41,415 nucleotides of DNA from Thermoplasmatota archaeon (GCA_031961865.1 JAVRLB010000003.1:1-41415), one strand, 5' to 3'; numbered from the stretch's first letter, positions 10,521-21,202 are shown. The notes: generated by a model not told the origin, from the letters alone. A program made the numbers and translations.

Positions 10521-10787
10521 CTATTTTTAGAACGTGTCAACTTCTATTTGAAACAAGTTTACATACTACTATTCCGTTATTATTTTCTTGCACATTTAAA
10601 TATCCACAACATATCTTTTCATTATGTAATAAAAAATAGAGTCTGTCAAGTATTCGTTGATAGACAAAGATATAACTGTGCTTTTAGCTTCACCTTAAAA
10701 ATGAAAATGACGACTGTACCGTAATCTGTTCCTGACATCCAAAAAGTAAGTAAAATTTTAAAAGAAAAGTGACACTCTAAAAAATAG
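10521..10787. mobile_element. Putative MITE (non-autonomous, ~265 bp) with imperfect terminal inverted repeats
   Basis: Left end ctatttttagaacgtgtcaacttctatttgaaacaagtttac resembles the reverse complement of the right end, ctattttttagagtgtcacttttcttttaaaattttac. No transposase ORF. A second partial copy lies at 8859-8980. Confidence 0.6.
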
Positions 10788-10843
10788 TAAAGTTTTTAAT
10801 AATGTATGAATAATGATTTATTGAAAAAAGAGGTGTTTAAAAA

Positions 10844-11209
10844 ATGAAAAAGTTTGGAGATGTAATAGTTTCTCCTGAAAAAGAAGGAAAAGAAAAGCAT
10901 GTGCCAATTATAGACGCACCGAAAAAAGTTAAGGCAGGGCAGTTTTTTACAGTGAATGTGACTGTGGGAAAGGATGTGCCACATCCAAATCTGGTAGAAC
11001 ATCATATCAAATGGATACAGATTTATGCCCAGATAGATGGAAGACCATTCAATCCCGTGCATGTTGCTACTTTTGACCTGGGCCCAACGTTCGCAGACCC
11101 CAACGTGACATTTAGAATGAAAATTGACAAAAAAACAACGCTCTATGCGCTTGAATACTGCAATCTCCATGGTGTCTGGGAAAACTCTGTAGAAATTGAA
11201 ATAGAATAA
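10844..11209 (+). CDS. sor: Superoxide reductase, neelaredoxin type (1Fe-SOR)
   Basis: Iron ligands EKHVP, HPNLVEHHI and YCNLHG. GAGGTG RBS upstream. Confidence 0.95.
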   Translation: MKKFGDVIVSPEKEGKEKHVPIIDAPKKVKAGQFFTVNVTVGKDVPHPNLVEHHIKWIQIYAQIDGRPFNPVHVATFDLGPTFADPNVTFRMKIDKKTTLYALEYCNLHGVWENSVEIEIE

Positions 11210-11256
11210 AAAACTTCTTTTATTTTTTTATTAAGTAAGTTTATTTGTATATACCG

Positions 11257-12183
11257 TTAAACTATGGTCATCCAGTTCTTAAATTTCTCTATTTTTCCAT
11301 GAACCGTATCAAAATATAGATTCATTATCTGTTTTGTTATTTCTCCCGCAGTTCCGTTGCCGATCTTTATATTATCTACATTTGTGATAGGCGTGATCTC
11401 AGCCGCGGTTCCGCTGAAAAAAGCCTCGTCTGCAGTATAAAGCTCCTCTCTGTGAATATTTCTTGCGGTTACAGGTATGTTCACTGACCTGGCAAGCTGC
11501 ATTACAGTATCTCTCGTAATGCCCATTAAAATATTCGCATTAGCGTCTGGCGTGAACAGCGATCCATTTTTAACAATAAATATATTTTCTCCAGGTCCTT
11601 CAGCCACATACCCGTTATATGACAGTAAAATTGCCTCATCAAATCCTGAATTTTTGGCTTCTATACTCGCTATGATAGAATTGATATAATTGCCGCTAGA
11701 TTTAGCCTGAACTGGCAAGATATCTGAGTTGATTCTGCGCCATGATGAAACTTTGCATTTAACACCATGGTCTCCCGTGCTCAAATATTTTCCGAACGGA
11801 ACTGCAGCGATGAATACGCTCACTTTCTTATTGGTGACATTCAGGCCTATTGCGTCACTGCTATAAAATGCAAATGGGCGGATATACGCAGCATTTAATT
11901 TATTTGCTTTAATAACAGAGATAATCGCCTCTCTGATCTCATCTTGAGAATAGTGCAGATCCATACTATAAATTTTGGCAGTTTCAAAAAAGCGTTTGAC
12001 ATGTTCATTCAGCCTGAATATCTCTGCGCCCATAGGAGTATCATAAGCTCTGATCCCTTCAAAAATGCCGCTTCCGTACTGCAGTGAATGTGTTAAAATA
12101 GGAACTTTAGCAGCGCTGTAATCTATAATCTTACCATCCAGCCAGACCTTCAAATCCAAATTCTCATATACAGATTCTATCAT
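11257..12183 (-). CDS. ilvE: Branched-chain amino acid aminotransferase (class IV)
   Basis: Motifs LQYGSGIFEGIRAY, AKSSGNY, EGPGENIF, LMGITR, GTAAEITP. Confidence 0.95.
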   Translation of the reverse strand: MIESVYENLDLKVWLDGKIIDYSAAKVPILTHSLQYGSGIFEGIRAYDTPMGAEIFRLNEHVKRFFETAKIYSMDLHYSQDEIREAIISVIKANKLNAAYIRPFAFYSSDAIGLNVTNKKVSVFIAAVPFGKYLSTGDHGVKCKVSSWRRINSDILPVQAKSSGNYINSIIASIEAKNSGFDEAILLSYNGYVAEGPGENIFIVKNGSLFTPDANANILMGITRDTVMQLARSVNIPVTARNIHREELYTADEAFFSGTAAEITPITNVDNIKIGNGTAGEITKQIMNLYFDTVHGKIEKFKNWMTIV

Positions 12184-12275
12184 ACAAGCACCTCAAAAAC
12201 TAGTTATTACGGGAAATGCGTTTAATATTAATAAACTTTATTAATCACACTAAAAAAATAAAAAAGGTGTTGTTT

Positions 12276-13364
12276 CTACAGTTCTGTTAGCTCTTTATTG
12301 GCTGTGGTAATAACTTCGCAGCCATCTTGCTTTAATATTACATCATCCTCAATTCTTACTCCGCCAAATCCTGGCTGATACACACCAGGTTCGACAGTTA
12401 TCACCATATTTTCTTTAGTTTGCAAATCATAGCCAGGTGCAAAACCAGGATGATCATGCGTAGCCAGCCCTATTCCGTGCCCTAGAGAATGTATGAACAG
12501 CCCCTTATATTTAGTGCTGTCTATGTAATTTCTTACTGCCCCATCAATATCCTTTCCGAGTCTACCAGCCCTGGCATTTTCAATGCCTATTTTTTGGGCA
12601 GTTAGCACAGTTTCGTACATTTCTTTCTGAGCATCATTTGCCCTGCCAAACACATAGGTTCTAGTCATATCAGAGTTATATTTCTGGTACCTTGCACCAA
12701 AATCCATCAATACAAAATCTCCTTTTTTCAATTTTACAGCACCTGCGAAATAATGAGGTTCCGCACTGTTTTTGCCGAACGCAATAATTGGCGTGAAAGC
12801 ATTGTCTGATGCCCCATTCTTGAGCATTGTATAAGTCAATAACGCTGCAATTTCGTATTCTTTAACCCCTTCCTTCAGATCTTTCAGTATAGCTTCCACA
12901 GACTCTGATGCTATCTTTGCCGCTTCTCTTAGAATATTGAGCTCTTTTGGCTCTTTGACCATTCTTAATTCCTGTATTGCCTTTGATATGTCCACAAATT
13001 CTTTGTCTTTTAAATTCTCCTTAAGTTTATTGAATGCCGAAACGCTGAAATAATCCATATTTATTCCAATTTTACCTGCTTTCTTAGTTAGCTCGCTAAT
13101 TTTAGCAGTTCGTTCTTTGCTATCTTTATAGACTGATACATTTAAGCCACTTTTCTTAGCGCTGAACTCTTCAAGTCTTGAGGTTAATATTGTGCTTTCA
13201 TCTGAATCTCCTATCAAGTAAGATTCTTCAAACAAGCCACTGTCAAAAAGTTGTGTTAAGTAAAAAAAGTTCAGTTCTAAAGACGGTTCTCCACCATTGT
13301 ATATCAATATTTCATCCACACCGGTCTTTTTAACTAACTCCTGTATCTTATTCAATTTTCTCAC
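12276..13364 (-). CDS. pepQ: Xaa-Pro aminopeptidase/prolidase (M24)
   Basis: Motifs DFGARYQKYNSDMTRT, HSLGHGIGL, VEPGVY, GVRIEDD. Confidence 0.93.
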   Translation of the reverse strand: MRKLNKIQELVKKTGVDEILIYNGGEPSLELNFFYLTQLFDSGLFEESYLIGDSDESTILTSRLEEFSAKKSGLNVSVYKDSKERTAKISELTKKAGKIGINMDYFSVSAFNKLKENLKDKEFVDISKAIQELRMVKEPKELNILREAAKIASESVEAILKDLKEGVKEYEIAALLTYTMLKNGASDNAFTPIIAFGKNSAEPHYFAGAVKLKKGDFVLMDFGARYQKYNSDMTRTYVFGRANDAQKEMYETVLTAQKIGIENARAGRLGKDIDGAVRNYIDSTKYKGLFIHSLGHGIGLATHDHPGFAPGYDLQTKENMVITVEPGVYQPGFGGVRIEDDVILKQDGCEVITTANKELTEL

Positions 13365-13391
13365 CGGTAGGCGAAATACATTCTAGCTATT

Positions 13392-13982
13392 TTATAATTT
13401 TGCTTCTAGATGCTTTTTCAGTTCCATCCATACTGTATCCAGATCTCTATTTGAATCTATTACTATAAAGTCCCTGCATTTGGATAGATACATATAGAAC
13501 TCCTGTACTTTATCCAGAGTTTCCAAGTTTTCAAAGTACTCTTTAACTGTTCTTTTTGAAACCCTGTTAGTCCCGAGTTTAGGATCTACTATAAACAAAA
13601 ATGTCAGGTCTGGATCTAAACGGAACGGATCGTAAATATGATCTAAATACTCATATGCTTTTTTCTTACTTTTAAATAAAGGCTCTAAAAGGCTGCCTTG
13701 ATACGCAAATGTAGAATCTACGTATCTATCTATTATCACAATCTCATTTTTCTGCAAATGCTCTCTGATCTTTTTAATATGTTCAACCCTATCTGCCATA
13801 AAAAGTAGTGCTTGTGTAAAAGGATCTAATTTTTTCTCGATTAAATTTTTAACATTGACCAGAGAATCTGTGGGCTCATATGTAAAATACACTTTTTTTC
13901 CAGAGCTTTCAAGATATTTTTTAGTATATTTTGCAAACGTAGTCTTTCCGGTACCATCAATTCCTTCAAATGAAATGAACAT
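13392..13982 (-). CDS. tmk: Thymidylate kinase
   Basis: FEGIDGTGKTT P-loop, LLFMADR, IDRYVDSTFAYQ. Confidence 0.95.
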   Translation of the reverse strand: MFISFEGIDGTGKTTFAKYTKKYLESSGKKVYFTYEPTDSLVNVKNLIEKKLDPFTQALLFMADRVEHIKKIREHLQKNEIVIIDRYVDSTFAYQGSLLEPLFKSKKKAYEYLDHIYDPFRLDPDLTFLFIVDPKLGTNRVSKRTVKEYFENLETLDKVQEFYMYLSKCRDFIVIDSNRDLDTVWMELKKHLEAKL

Positions 13983-14041
13983 GATTATAAGAGAAGAGAT
14001 ACCATAACATTAATTTTATTGTTTTACATACTGTTTTATTA

Positions 14042-15304
14042 ATGATCAACAAAAGAAATGATTTTGAAGTTGGCGATTATATTGAAATATTGACTGACAA
14101 AGGTATTTTCAGAGGATTTGTAATGCCTAACAACATATTCAGTTCTCCAGATATCATTATTTTGAAACTTGACAATGGCTATAACATTGGGGTCAGATTT
14201 TCAGCGTTAGAAAATATTAAAGTATTAGAAAAAAGTGAAAAGAAAGAAAAAAAAGAATCTACGAAAAAGGTACATTTTAAAGATAACTATATTTCCATAC
14301 TGGGTACCGGAGGCACAATTGCCAGTTATATCGATTATAAAACTGGGGCAGTTCATCCAGCTGAAACTCAGGAAGAACTGTTGATCTCAGTGCCTGAACT
14401 GTCCGGAAAACATCGCATCAATTCGCGCATTATATTTTCAATACTCAGTGAAGACATGAAAATTCCGTACTGGCAGACTCTGGCAAAAGAGATTGTTTCA
14501 GAGCTGAATAATGGTGCTAAAGGAGTCATCATACCTCACGGAACGGATACTATGGCCTATACTGCTGCCGCGCTCGCATTTATGATCCCCGATTTATCTG
14601 GTCCTGTCTCGTTGGTTGGCGCACAGAGATCTTCAGACCGTCCAAGCAGTGATGCTTATCAGAATCTGTTAAGTGCAGCAGCATTGATGGACACTAATTT
14701 AGGAGAGGTAGCAGTAACCATGCATGAATCACCATCTGATGATTACAGTGTGGTGCATAGAGGCGTACGAGTTAGAAAAATGCACACATCTAGGAGAGAT
14801 GCATTTAAGAGTGTAAACGGGCATCCAATTGCGAGGATCAAAGGGGATAATGTTGAATTTTTAAAAGAATATAAAATGAAAGTGGACAGGAATATAGAAG
14901 TGTATGATAAGATGGATGATAAGGTCACGATACTATACTATTATCCAGGATTTGATATAGAGCATTTGAAGATCGTAGGTGAGCACGTAGACGGAATAAT
15001 ATTTATGGGAACTGGGCTTGGTCATGTGGGCACCTATCTGATCGAAGAGATAAAAGAGCTCACAGACTCTGGAAAGCTTATAGGTATGACCTCTCAATGT
15101 CTTGCAGGATCTGTAAACATGAATGTTTACTCATCAGGTAGAGAATTAATTAAAGCAGGCGTGATACCGTTAGGAGATACATTACCGGAAACTGCGTTTG
15201 TGAAAATGATGTGGCTTTTAGGAAATTATACAAAAGAAGAAGCGAGACAGCTAATGACTAAAAACTTGAGGTTTGAGATGTCTGAAAAAAGAGTTTTATG
15301 GTGA
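14042..15304 (+). CDS. gatD: Glu-tRNA(Gln) amidotransferase subunit D
   Basis: KLDNGYNIG N-domain, TGGTIAS, HGTDTM, GAQRSSDRPSSD. Adjacent to gatE. Confidence 0.96.
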   Translation: MINKRNDFEVGDYIEILTDKGIFRGFVMPNNIFSSPDIIILKLDNGYNIGVRFSALENIKVLEKSEKKEKKESTKKVHFKDNYISILGTGGTIASYIDYKTGAVHPAETQEELLISVPELSGKHRINSRIIFSILSEDMKIPYWQTLAKEIVSELNNGAKGVIIPHGTDTMAYTAAALAFMIPDLSGPVSLVGAQRSSDRPSSDAYQNLLSAAALMDTNLGEVAVTMHESPSDDYSVVHRGVRVRKMHTSRRDAFKSVNGHPIARIKGDNVEFLKEYKMKVDRNIEVYDKMDDKVTILYYYPGFDIEHLKIVGEHVDGIIFMGTGLGHVGTYLIEEIKELTDSGKLIGMTSQCLAGSVNMNVYSSGRELIKAGVIPLGDTLPETAFVKMMWLLGNYTKEEARQLMTKNLRFEMSEKRVLW

Positions 15305-15310
15305 TTTAGA

Positions 15311-17161
15311 ATGGTTAAGATAGGGTTAGAAATACATCAGCAATTAAATACGAAAAAACTGTTTTGCGATTGTGAAAGCTATTTGTCAGAAACTGTTTTA
15401 GGAACCATTAAGAGGGAGCTAAGAGCAGCACTGGGAGAGTCAGGCAATGTAGATATAGCAGCATTAGAGGAGGCTAAGCGAAAAAGAGCGTTTACTTATG
15501 AACTTACTGAAAACTCATGCTTGGTAGAAGCGGATGAAGAGCCGCCTCATAAAGTAAACAGTGATGCGCTGGATACTGCATTAATGGTATCTATACTATT
15601 AAATTGCGTGATCATAGACGAGATCCAGTTTATGAGAAAGATTGTAATAGATGGCTCGAACACGAGCGGGTTTCAGAGAACTGCGCTGATAGGCAAAGAT
15701 GGATACATAATGGTCAATGGCTCAAAAATATCCATTAGTTCAGTCTGTCTGGAAGAAGAGTCTGCAAGGAAGATCAGTGAAAAAGAGGGCAATGTCATAT
15801 ATCGCTTAGACCGATTAGGGATACCGCTAATCGAGATCTCTACCGATCCTGATATGACAAACGGATTGCAAGTAAAGGAAGTTGCCCAGAAAATCGGAAA
15901 CATATTGAGGTCCATAAGCACTGTGAAAAGAGGGTTAGGAACAATAAGGCAGGATATTAACATTTCCACGGACGGATCGCGTGTTGAAGTGAAAGGAGTG
16001 TCGCAGTTAAAGCTTATTCAGAAGATTGTAGAAAACGAGATTAAAAGACAGCAAAATCTATCATTGTTGAAAAGTGAATTAATAGCTAGAAATTTCAGTA
16101 AATTTGAATTGAATATACTGAATGTCTCAGATATTTTCAAGAACACAGAATCGAAGATCATAAAAGATTCTCTTAAAACCGGTGCCAAGGTTATGGGGTT
16201 CAGGGTTCCATTTTTTGCAAGGCTGTTAAAATCCGAAAAGTTCAGGTTTGGCAAAGAGCTTGCTGAACATGTAAAAGTGTTTGGCATAAAAGGCATATTT
16301 CATTCTGACGAATTGCCAGCTTACGGAATAACAGAAACCGAAGTTGATGCTCTGAAAAAGGTTTTTGCGCTTGGTCCTGATGATTCGTTCATACTGATCT
16401 GTGAGAAAGAAGATCGTGCAAAACTGGCATTAACCGAAATTTACGAGCGCATAAACAGGGCTATAGAAGGTGTGGTGGGAGAGACGCGGGGTCCGAAAGA
16501 TGATGGTACCACAGAGTATTTGAGGCCTCTGCCAGGAAAAGAGAGAATGTACCCAGAGACTGACGTGCCACCGATACCGGTATTACCAGAAAAAATAGAG
16601 TATATCAAAAATAATTTGCCAGAGCAATATGATGAAAAAGTGTCCCGTTTTTTGAATACCTATAAGATATCAAAACAGGAGGCTGAGCAGATAATCAACA
16701 ATGGGCAAGATGAGCTTTTTTGCAGTCTGGCAAGTGTTTATGATCAGTATTCTATAATTTCCAGAACGCTTTTAAGCACGCTTTCAGAACTGGAAAATGA
16801 GGGTTTGCCTGTTGAGTCTATCAGTGATGCAGACCTGATCTCTATTTTCAAGGCTCTGGCTGATAAAAAATTTGCCAAAGAGGCGATACCGGATATACTG
16901 AGATCAAAGGTAACAGAAAAAAAGAACATAAAAGAGATACTGGAACAGTTAGAAAATAACATGTACAGTGAAGATAAGGTTCGAGAAACCATAGATGGCA
17001 TCTTACATAAAAACAGGGCTATAATAAAAGAAAAAGGAGAAAATGCATTTTCAACTATAATGGGTATTGTCATGAGCGAGATGAAAGGCAAATATGATGG
17101 CAAGAAAGTCAGCTTGATTTTAAAAGAGGAGCTATCTAAGTTTGCGAGACAGATAATTTAA
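15311..17161 (+). CDS. gatE: Glu-tRNA(Gln) amidotransferase subunit E
   Basis: GLEIHQQL, RKIVIDGSNTSGFQRT, LDRLGIPLIEI, HSDELPAYGI, RMYPETD. Confidence 0.96.
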   Translation: MVKIGLEIHQQLNTKKLFCDCESYLSETVLGTIKRELRAALGESGNVDIAALEEAKRKRAFTYELTENSCLVEADEEPPHKVNSDALDTALMVSILLNCVIIDEIQFMRKIVIDGSNTSGFQRTALIGKDGYIMVNGSKISISSVCLEEESARKISEKEGNVIYRLDRLGIPLIEISTDPDMTNGLQVKEVAQKIGNILRSISTVKRGLGTIRQDINISTDGSRVEVKGVSQLKLIQKIVENEIKRQQNLSLLKSELIARNFSKFELNILNVSDIFKNTESKIIKDSLKTGAKVMGFRVPFFARLLKSEKFRFGKELAEHVKVFGIKGIFHSDELPAYGITETEVDALKKVFALGPDDSFILICEKEDRAKLALTEIYERINRAIEGVVGETRGPKDDGTTEYLRPLPGKERMYPETDVPPIPVLPEKIEYIKNNLPEQYDEKVSRFLNTYKISKQEAEQIINNGQDELFCSLASVYDQYSIISRTLLSTLSELENEGLPVESISDADLISIFKALADKKFAKEAIPDILRSKVTEKKNIKEILEQLENNMYSEDKVRETIDGILHKNRAIIKEKGENAFSTIMGIVMSEMKGKYDGKKVSLILKEELSKFARQII

Positions 17162-17187
17162 AATAGATTAAATTGAATATTAGCCTC

Positions 17188-18978
17188 ATGGAAAAATACA
17201 TACCTGATACGTCAGTAATAATTAACGGCAGATTTTATGAATTTATAAAAGATAAGAGTGATGTTATGCTCATTATACCCGAGGCTGTAATTTCCGAGAT
17301 AGAAGCACAGGCAAATCGGGGTTTAATGATTGGATTTACAGCCATATCTGAACTTGAGAAAATCATAAAATTTGCAAAAGATAGCAACATAGAAATTTCA
17401 TTTTATGGTAAAAGACCTGAAAAATGGCAGATTGAAAAAGCTAAGTCTGGAGAAATTGATAACATTATCAGAACCATAGCGTTAGATACAGAAGGCACTT
17501 TGATAACCTCCGATTTTATACAGTACAGTATTGCGAAACTGAGAGGGGTCAAGGCCATATTTTTTGAAGTTGAGAAAACTATCACTTCAAAGATCGAGGA
17601 TTTTTTTGATTCTGGCACTATGAGCGTTCATTTAAAAACAGGTACCATACCTATCGCAAAAAAAGGAAGACCTGGAAACACCGAGCTTGTTAAGCTTAGA
17701 ACAGTGCCGATTTCAGAACAGGAGTTAAATGACATTGCGAGAGACATAATAGAGAGAGCCAGAACTGACAAATTTTCACTTATAGATCTGGATTTAAAAG
17801 GTGCTACTGTGATACAGTTAAGAGAGTATAGAATTGTAATTACCAGGCCACCATTTTCAGAAGTTTCAGAGATCACGGCTGTCAGGCCAACAGTAAAGTT
17901 AATGATTGAAGATTACAATATTGATGACAAACTGTTTTCGAGACTCAAAAAACGCGCTGAAGGCATACTGGTCTCAGGTGCACCAGGTGCTGGCAAATCC
18001 ACATTTGTCCAGGCTCTGGCTGAAATGTATCTTTTTGAAAACAAGGTTGTGAAAACAATGGAAAAGCCGAGAGATCTATTGTTATCTAACGAGATCACAA
18101 GATATACTGCACTGGAAGGGGATATGGAGAAAACAGGAGATATATTATTGTTAGTAAGGCCTGACTATACGATATTTGACGAGATGAGAACCTCTTATGA
18201 CTTCAAGATCTATGCAGATCTCAGAATGGCGGGGGTGGGCATGGTCGGTGTTGCGCATGCGAGCAGAGCCATAGATGCTGTGCAGAGACTGATTGGCAGG
18301 GTTGAACTGGGTGTAATACCGCAGTTAGTAGACACGATAATACACATTGAAAATGGCAAAATCGGGAAAGTATATATTATTGAATATAAAGTAAAAGTTC
18401 CAACCGGTATGCTGGAGCAGGATCTGGCAAGACCCGTGATTGATGTTTTAGATTTTTATACTGATAAACTAGAGTATGAGATATACACATATGGAGAGCA
18501 GATTGTGGTAGTTCCTGTAGAAGAAAGAAAAACCAAGGTTTTATCGTTAGCAGAAAAAGAGCTGGAGAGACAGTTAAAAACTGTAATTCCAGACGAGAAA
18601 TTTAAGGTAGAGATAGTTGGAGAGTCGCAGATAAAATTGTATGTAAGGGAAGATTATATACCTGCAATAATAGGAAAGAATGGAAAAAACGTTAATTATC
18701 TGGAGAATCTGCTCGGGGTGCACATTGATGTAAAGGGCATGAAGGTAGAGGGTAAAAAGTGCAAATTATTGGTTCAAAAAAAGAAAAATCACATATATCT
18801 TTATGCTGGCGAAGACTTTAAAGATCTTTCAGGTCAGATTTTCGCAGAGGATGAATATTTATTTACTGCCAAATGTTCAAAAGAGGGAACTATCAAAGTG
18901 CGTGAAAACACAGACAATGCGAACCTGATAATCACTAAGTTAAAAGATGGAAAAGAGCTGTACTTTGAAACAATCTAA
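17188..18978 (+). CDS. PINA: PIN-domain + VirB11-like ATPase + KH protein
   Basis: PIN (DTS...TSD), Walker [21 protein letters not shown] motif IIGKNG. Probable ATG at 17188. Confidence 0.92.
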   Translation: MEKYIPDTSVIINGRFYEFIKDKSDVMLIIPEAVISEIEAQANRGLMIGFTAISELEKIIKFAKDSNIEISFYGKRPEKWQIEKAKSGEIDNIIRTIALDTEGTLITSDFIQYSIAKLRGVKAIFFEVEKTITSKIEDFFDSGTMSVHLKTGTIPIAKKGRPGNTELVKLRTVPISEQELNDIARDIIERARTDKFSLIDLDLKGATVIQLREYRIVITRPPFSEVSEITAVRPTVKLMIEDYNIDDKLFSRLKKRAEGILVSGAPGAGKSTFVQALAEMYLFENKVVKTMEKPRDLLLSNEITRYTALEGDMEKTGDILLLVRPDYTIFDEMRTSYDFKIYADLRMAGVGMVGVAHASRAIDAVQRLIGRVELGVIPQLVDTIIHIENGKIGKVYIIEYKVKVPTGMLEQDLARPVIDVLDFYTDKLEYEIYTYGEQIVVVPVEERKTKVLSLAEKELERQLKTVIPDEKFKVEIVGESQIKLYVREDYIPAIIGKNGKNVNYLENLLGVHIDVKGMKVEGKKCKLLVQKKKNHIYLYAGEDFKDLSGQIFAEDEYLFTAKCSKEGTIKVRENTDNANLIITKLKDGKELYFETI

Positions 18979-19457
18979 ATTTCTGAAAATTTTTCAAAAT
19001 ATTTATCTTCAATTTCATACTGCCTTGTTTTAACAGTGCTTTCTATCAATATAAGTTTTGCCAGGTCGTCAGGATAGCCGTTTGCATAAACAATCTCTTT
19101 TATTCCTGCATTGATAATCATTTTTGCGCACACTACGCAAGGATGATTGGTTACATAAATAATCGAATCTTTTACGCTTACTCCGTAAACTGCAGCCTGT
19201 ATAATGGCATTTTGTTCTGCATGAAGACCTCTGCAAAGTTCGTGTCTTTCCCCAGAGTTCACGTTCAGTTCTTCTCTTATGCAGCCAGTAAGATCACAAT
19301 GTGCAAGGCCAGAAGGAGGGCCATTGTATCCTGAAGAAAGCAATCTTTTATCTTTGACTATTACTGCTCCCACTTTTCTTCTGGTACATGTAGATCTGCT
19401 TCCTACCAAGTATGCCATTCGCATAAAGTATTCGTCCCAGCTAGGTCTGTTTATCAC
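18975..19457 (-). CDS. dCMP deaminase (ComEB-like)
   Basis: [23 protein letters not shown] and PCVVC zinc-deaminase motifs. Confidence 0.95.
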   Translation of the reverse strand: MINRPSWDEYFMRMAYLVGSRSTCTRRKVGAVIVKDKRLLSSGYNGPPSGLAHCDLTGCIREELNVNSGERHELCRGLHAEQNAIIQAAVYGVSVKDSIIYVTNHPCVVCAKMIINAGIKEIVYANGYPDDLAKLILIESTVKTRQYEIEDKYFEKFSEI

Positions 19458-19497
19458 GATTTTTGATATATGTAGTTCTTATATATTATCTCTTCTA

Positions 19498-19854
19498 TCA
19501 TCCCTGACCGATCCATGATAGCACATTTACGATCGTTGCTGCTCCGAATATTATGATTGTAGCAATAACCATTACTGGCAGATCTCTTTTAAACTTTAAC
19601 AGCCCTTCTTTATCATCTTTATGCAGGATTAAAAATAATGCCTCATAGATCCATACCACTCCTATGATAGATCCTGCAATAATATTTACAGTATAGGTAA
19701 ATCTTCCAAGCATGTTTGTTAGTGCTTGTGTTGCATTTGTCGCCAGTATAGGCACATGGGTATTTACAGCAAATCCCATTGCACTGCCAGTTCCATAAAA
19801 TAAAGTGCTTATAAACAATATCGCAAATATACCTAAAAGAACTTTTTTGTTCAT
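19498..19854 (-). CDS. Small membrane protein with signal peptide; VirB2/TrbC (T4SS pilin)-like
   Basis: MNKK + hydrophobic leader, then two hydrophobic helices separated by the charged loop HKDDKEGLLKFKRD. GAGGGG RBS upstream. Pilin call is pattern-based. Confidence 0.6.
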   Translation of the reverse strand: MNKKVLLGIFAILFISTLFYGTGSAMGFAVNTHVPILATNATQALTNMLGRFTYTVNIIAGSIIGVVWIYEALFLILHKDDKEGLLKFKRDLPVMVIATIIIFGAATIVNVLSWIGQG

Positions 19855-19993
19855 TTATTTTCCCCTCGAATAGTGAGAGGATACATATTTTAATATTATT
19901 TAAAAATTGCGCTATCTAACAAAAAGTATATCTGGCTATGAAAAAGATTTTAAATATAAAGTTTATATTCCTTTTTAATATAGGTGTAACAAT

Positions 19994-21202
19994 ATGGAAT
20001 TTATCGAAGATGCAAAAATCAGGAAAGTCATAGATTCTCGCGGTAACCCGACGGTAGAGGTAGATATCATAACTACTAATGGAGGATTTGGCAGGGCTAT
20101 TGCTCCCAGTGGCGCGAGCAAAGGAGCATTTGAAGTAAAAGATTATCCTATTAAAGGGATAGATGAGGGCATTACAATATTCAAAGAAAAACTTGTTTCA
20201 GAACTGGTAGGAATGGACACTTTAAATCAGAGAAAATTGGATTTATTATTGCATGAGCTTGATGGCACTACCAACTTTTCAAACATTGGTGGAAATGTTG
20301 CCGTTGCAACGTCTCTAGCAAATGCAAAAGCTGCAGCGAACAGTCTGAACCTGCCATTATACAAATATTTAGGAGGAATGAATGCAGATTATTTACCAAC
20401 TCCAGTCAGCAATATTATTGGTGGGGGAAAACATGCCATTGGCGGAACTGTAATGCAGGAATTTTTATCCATTGCATTTGGCAAGACTTTCAACGAATCG
20501 ATATTTGCAAACATACAGGTTCACAAGAACGTTGGAAATCTACTGAAATCCAAGTTTCCAAACATTCCTCTGGGATTAGGAGATGAAAAAGCTTGGGTTG
20601 CAGCAATGGATGATCTGGATGCATTGGAACTTTTGAGCCAGGCAACTAAAGAAGTTTCAAGAGAATATGGAATAGACATATTTGCAGGCATAGATTTAGC
20701 AGCATCAGAGTTTTATAAAAATGGTAAGTATGTGTATAAAGATAAGATTTTGAGTGCAGAAGAGCAGATTGAATTTGTAGCAAAACTTGTAGAAGATTAT
20801 AATGTATATTATGTAGAAGATCCCCTAGACGAAAATGATTTTGATGGCTTTGCAAAATTAACTGAAAAGATAGGAGATACAGCTCTTATCGTTGGAGATG
20901 ATTTATTCGTAACTAACAAAGAGAGGCTCAGCAAAGGAATAGAGTTGGGTGCTGCAAATGCAGTGTTAATCAAGCCAAATCAGATTGGTACGCTTACAGA
21001 CATGATGGATACTGTGAAGTTGGCAAAAGAAAACAATTATACTGCAGTGATATCACACCGCAGTGGAGAAACTGAAGATAGCACGATCTCTCATCTGGCA
21101 GTAGGCCTGAACATAGAATATATAAAAGCAGGAACTATTGGCGGGGAGAGAACTGCAAAGTATAATGAACTGATAAGGATAGATGAAGATTTGGAGGAAT
21201 GA
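19994..21202 (+). CDS. eno: Enolase
   Basis: DSRGNPTVEV, PSGAS, VGDDLFVTN, KPNQIGT, SHRSGETED. Confidence 0.96.
   Translation: MEFIEDAKIRKVIDSRGNPTVEVDIITTNGGFGRAIAPSGASKGAFEVKDYPIKGIDEGITIFKEKLVSELVGMDTLNQRKLDLLLHELDGTTNFSNIGGNVAVATSLANAKAAANSLNLPLYKYLGGMNADYLPTPVSNIIGGGKHAIGGTVMQEFLSIAFGKTFNESIFANIQVHKNVGNLLKSKFPNIPLGLGDEKAWVAAMDDLDALELLSQATKEVSREYGIDIFAGIDLAASEFYKNGKYVYKDKILSAEEQIEFVAKLVEDYNVYYVEDPLDENDFDGFAKLTEKIGDTALIVGDDLFVTNKERLSKGIELGAANAVLIKPNQIGTLTDMMDTVKLAKENNYTAVISHRSGETEDSTISHLAVGLNIEYIKAGTIGGERTAKYNELIRIDEDLEE

Noticed and set aside
10646-10738. Minus-strand mini-ORF MSGTDYGTVVIFIFK..., with SGIDYGTVVM in the other repeat copy, recalling a TnpB RuvC-I motif
   Set aside because: Only about 30 codons, most differences between copies are non-synonymous, and there are no other TnpB motifs.
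8859-10787. Repeat pair as CRISPR array or composite transposon
   Set aside because: Only two long copies 1.8 kb apart with no spacer periodicity. The enclosed genes are housekeeping and there is no transposase.
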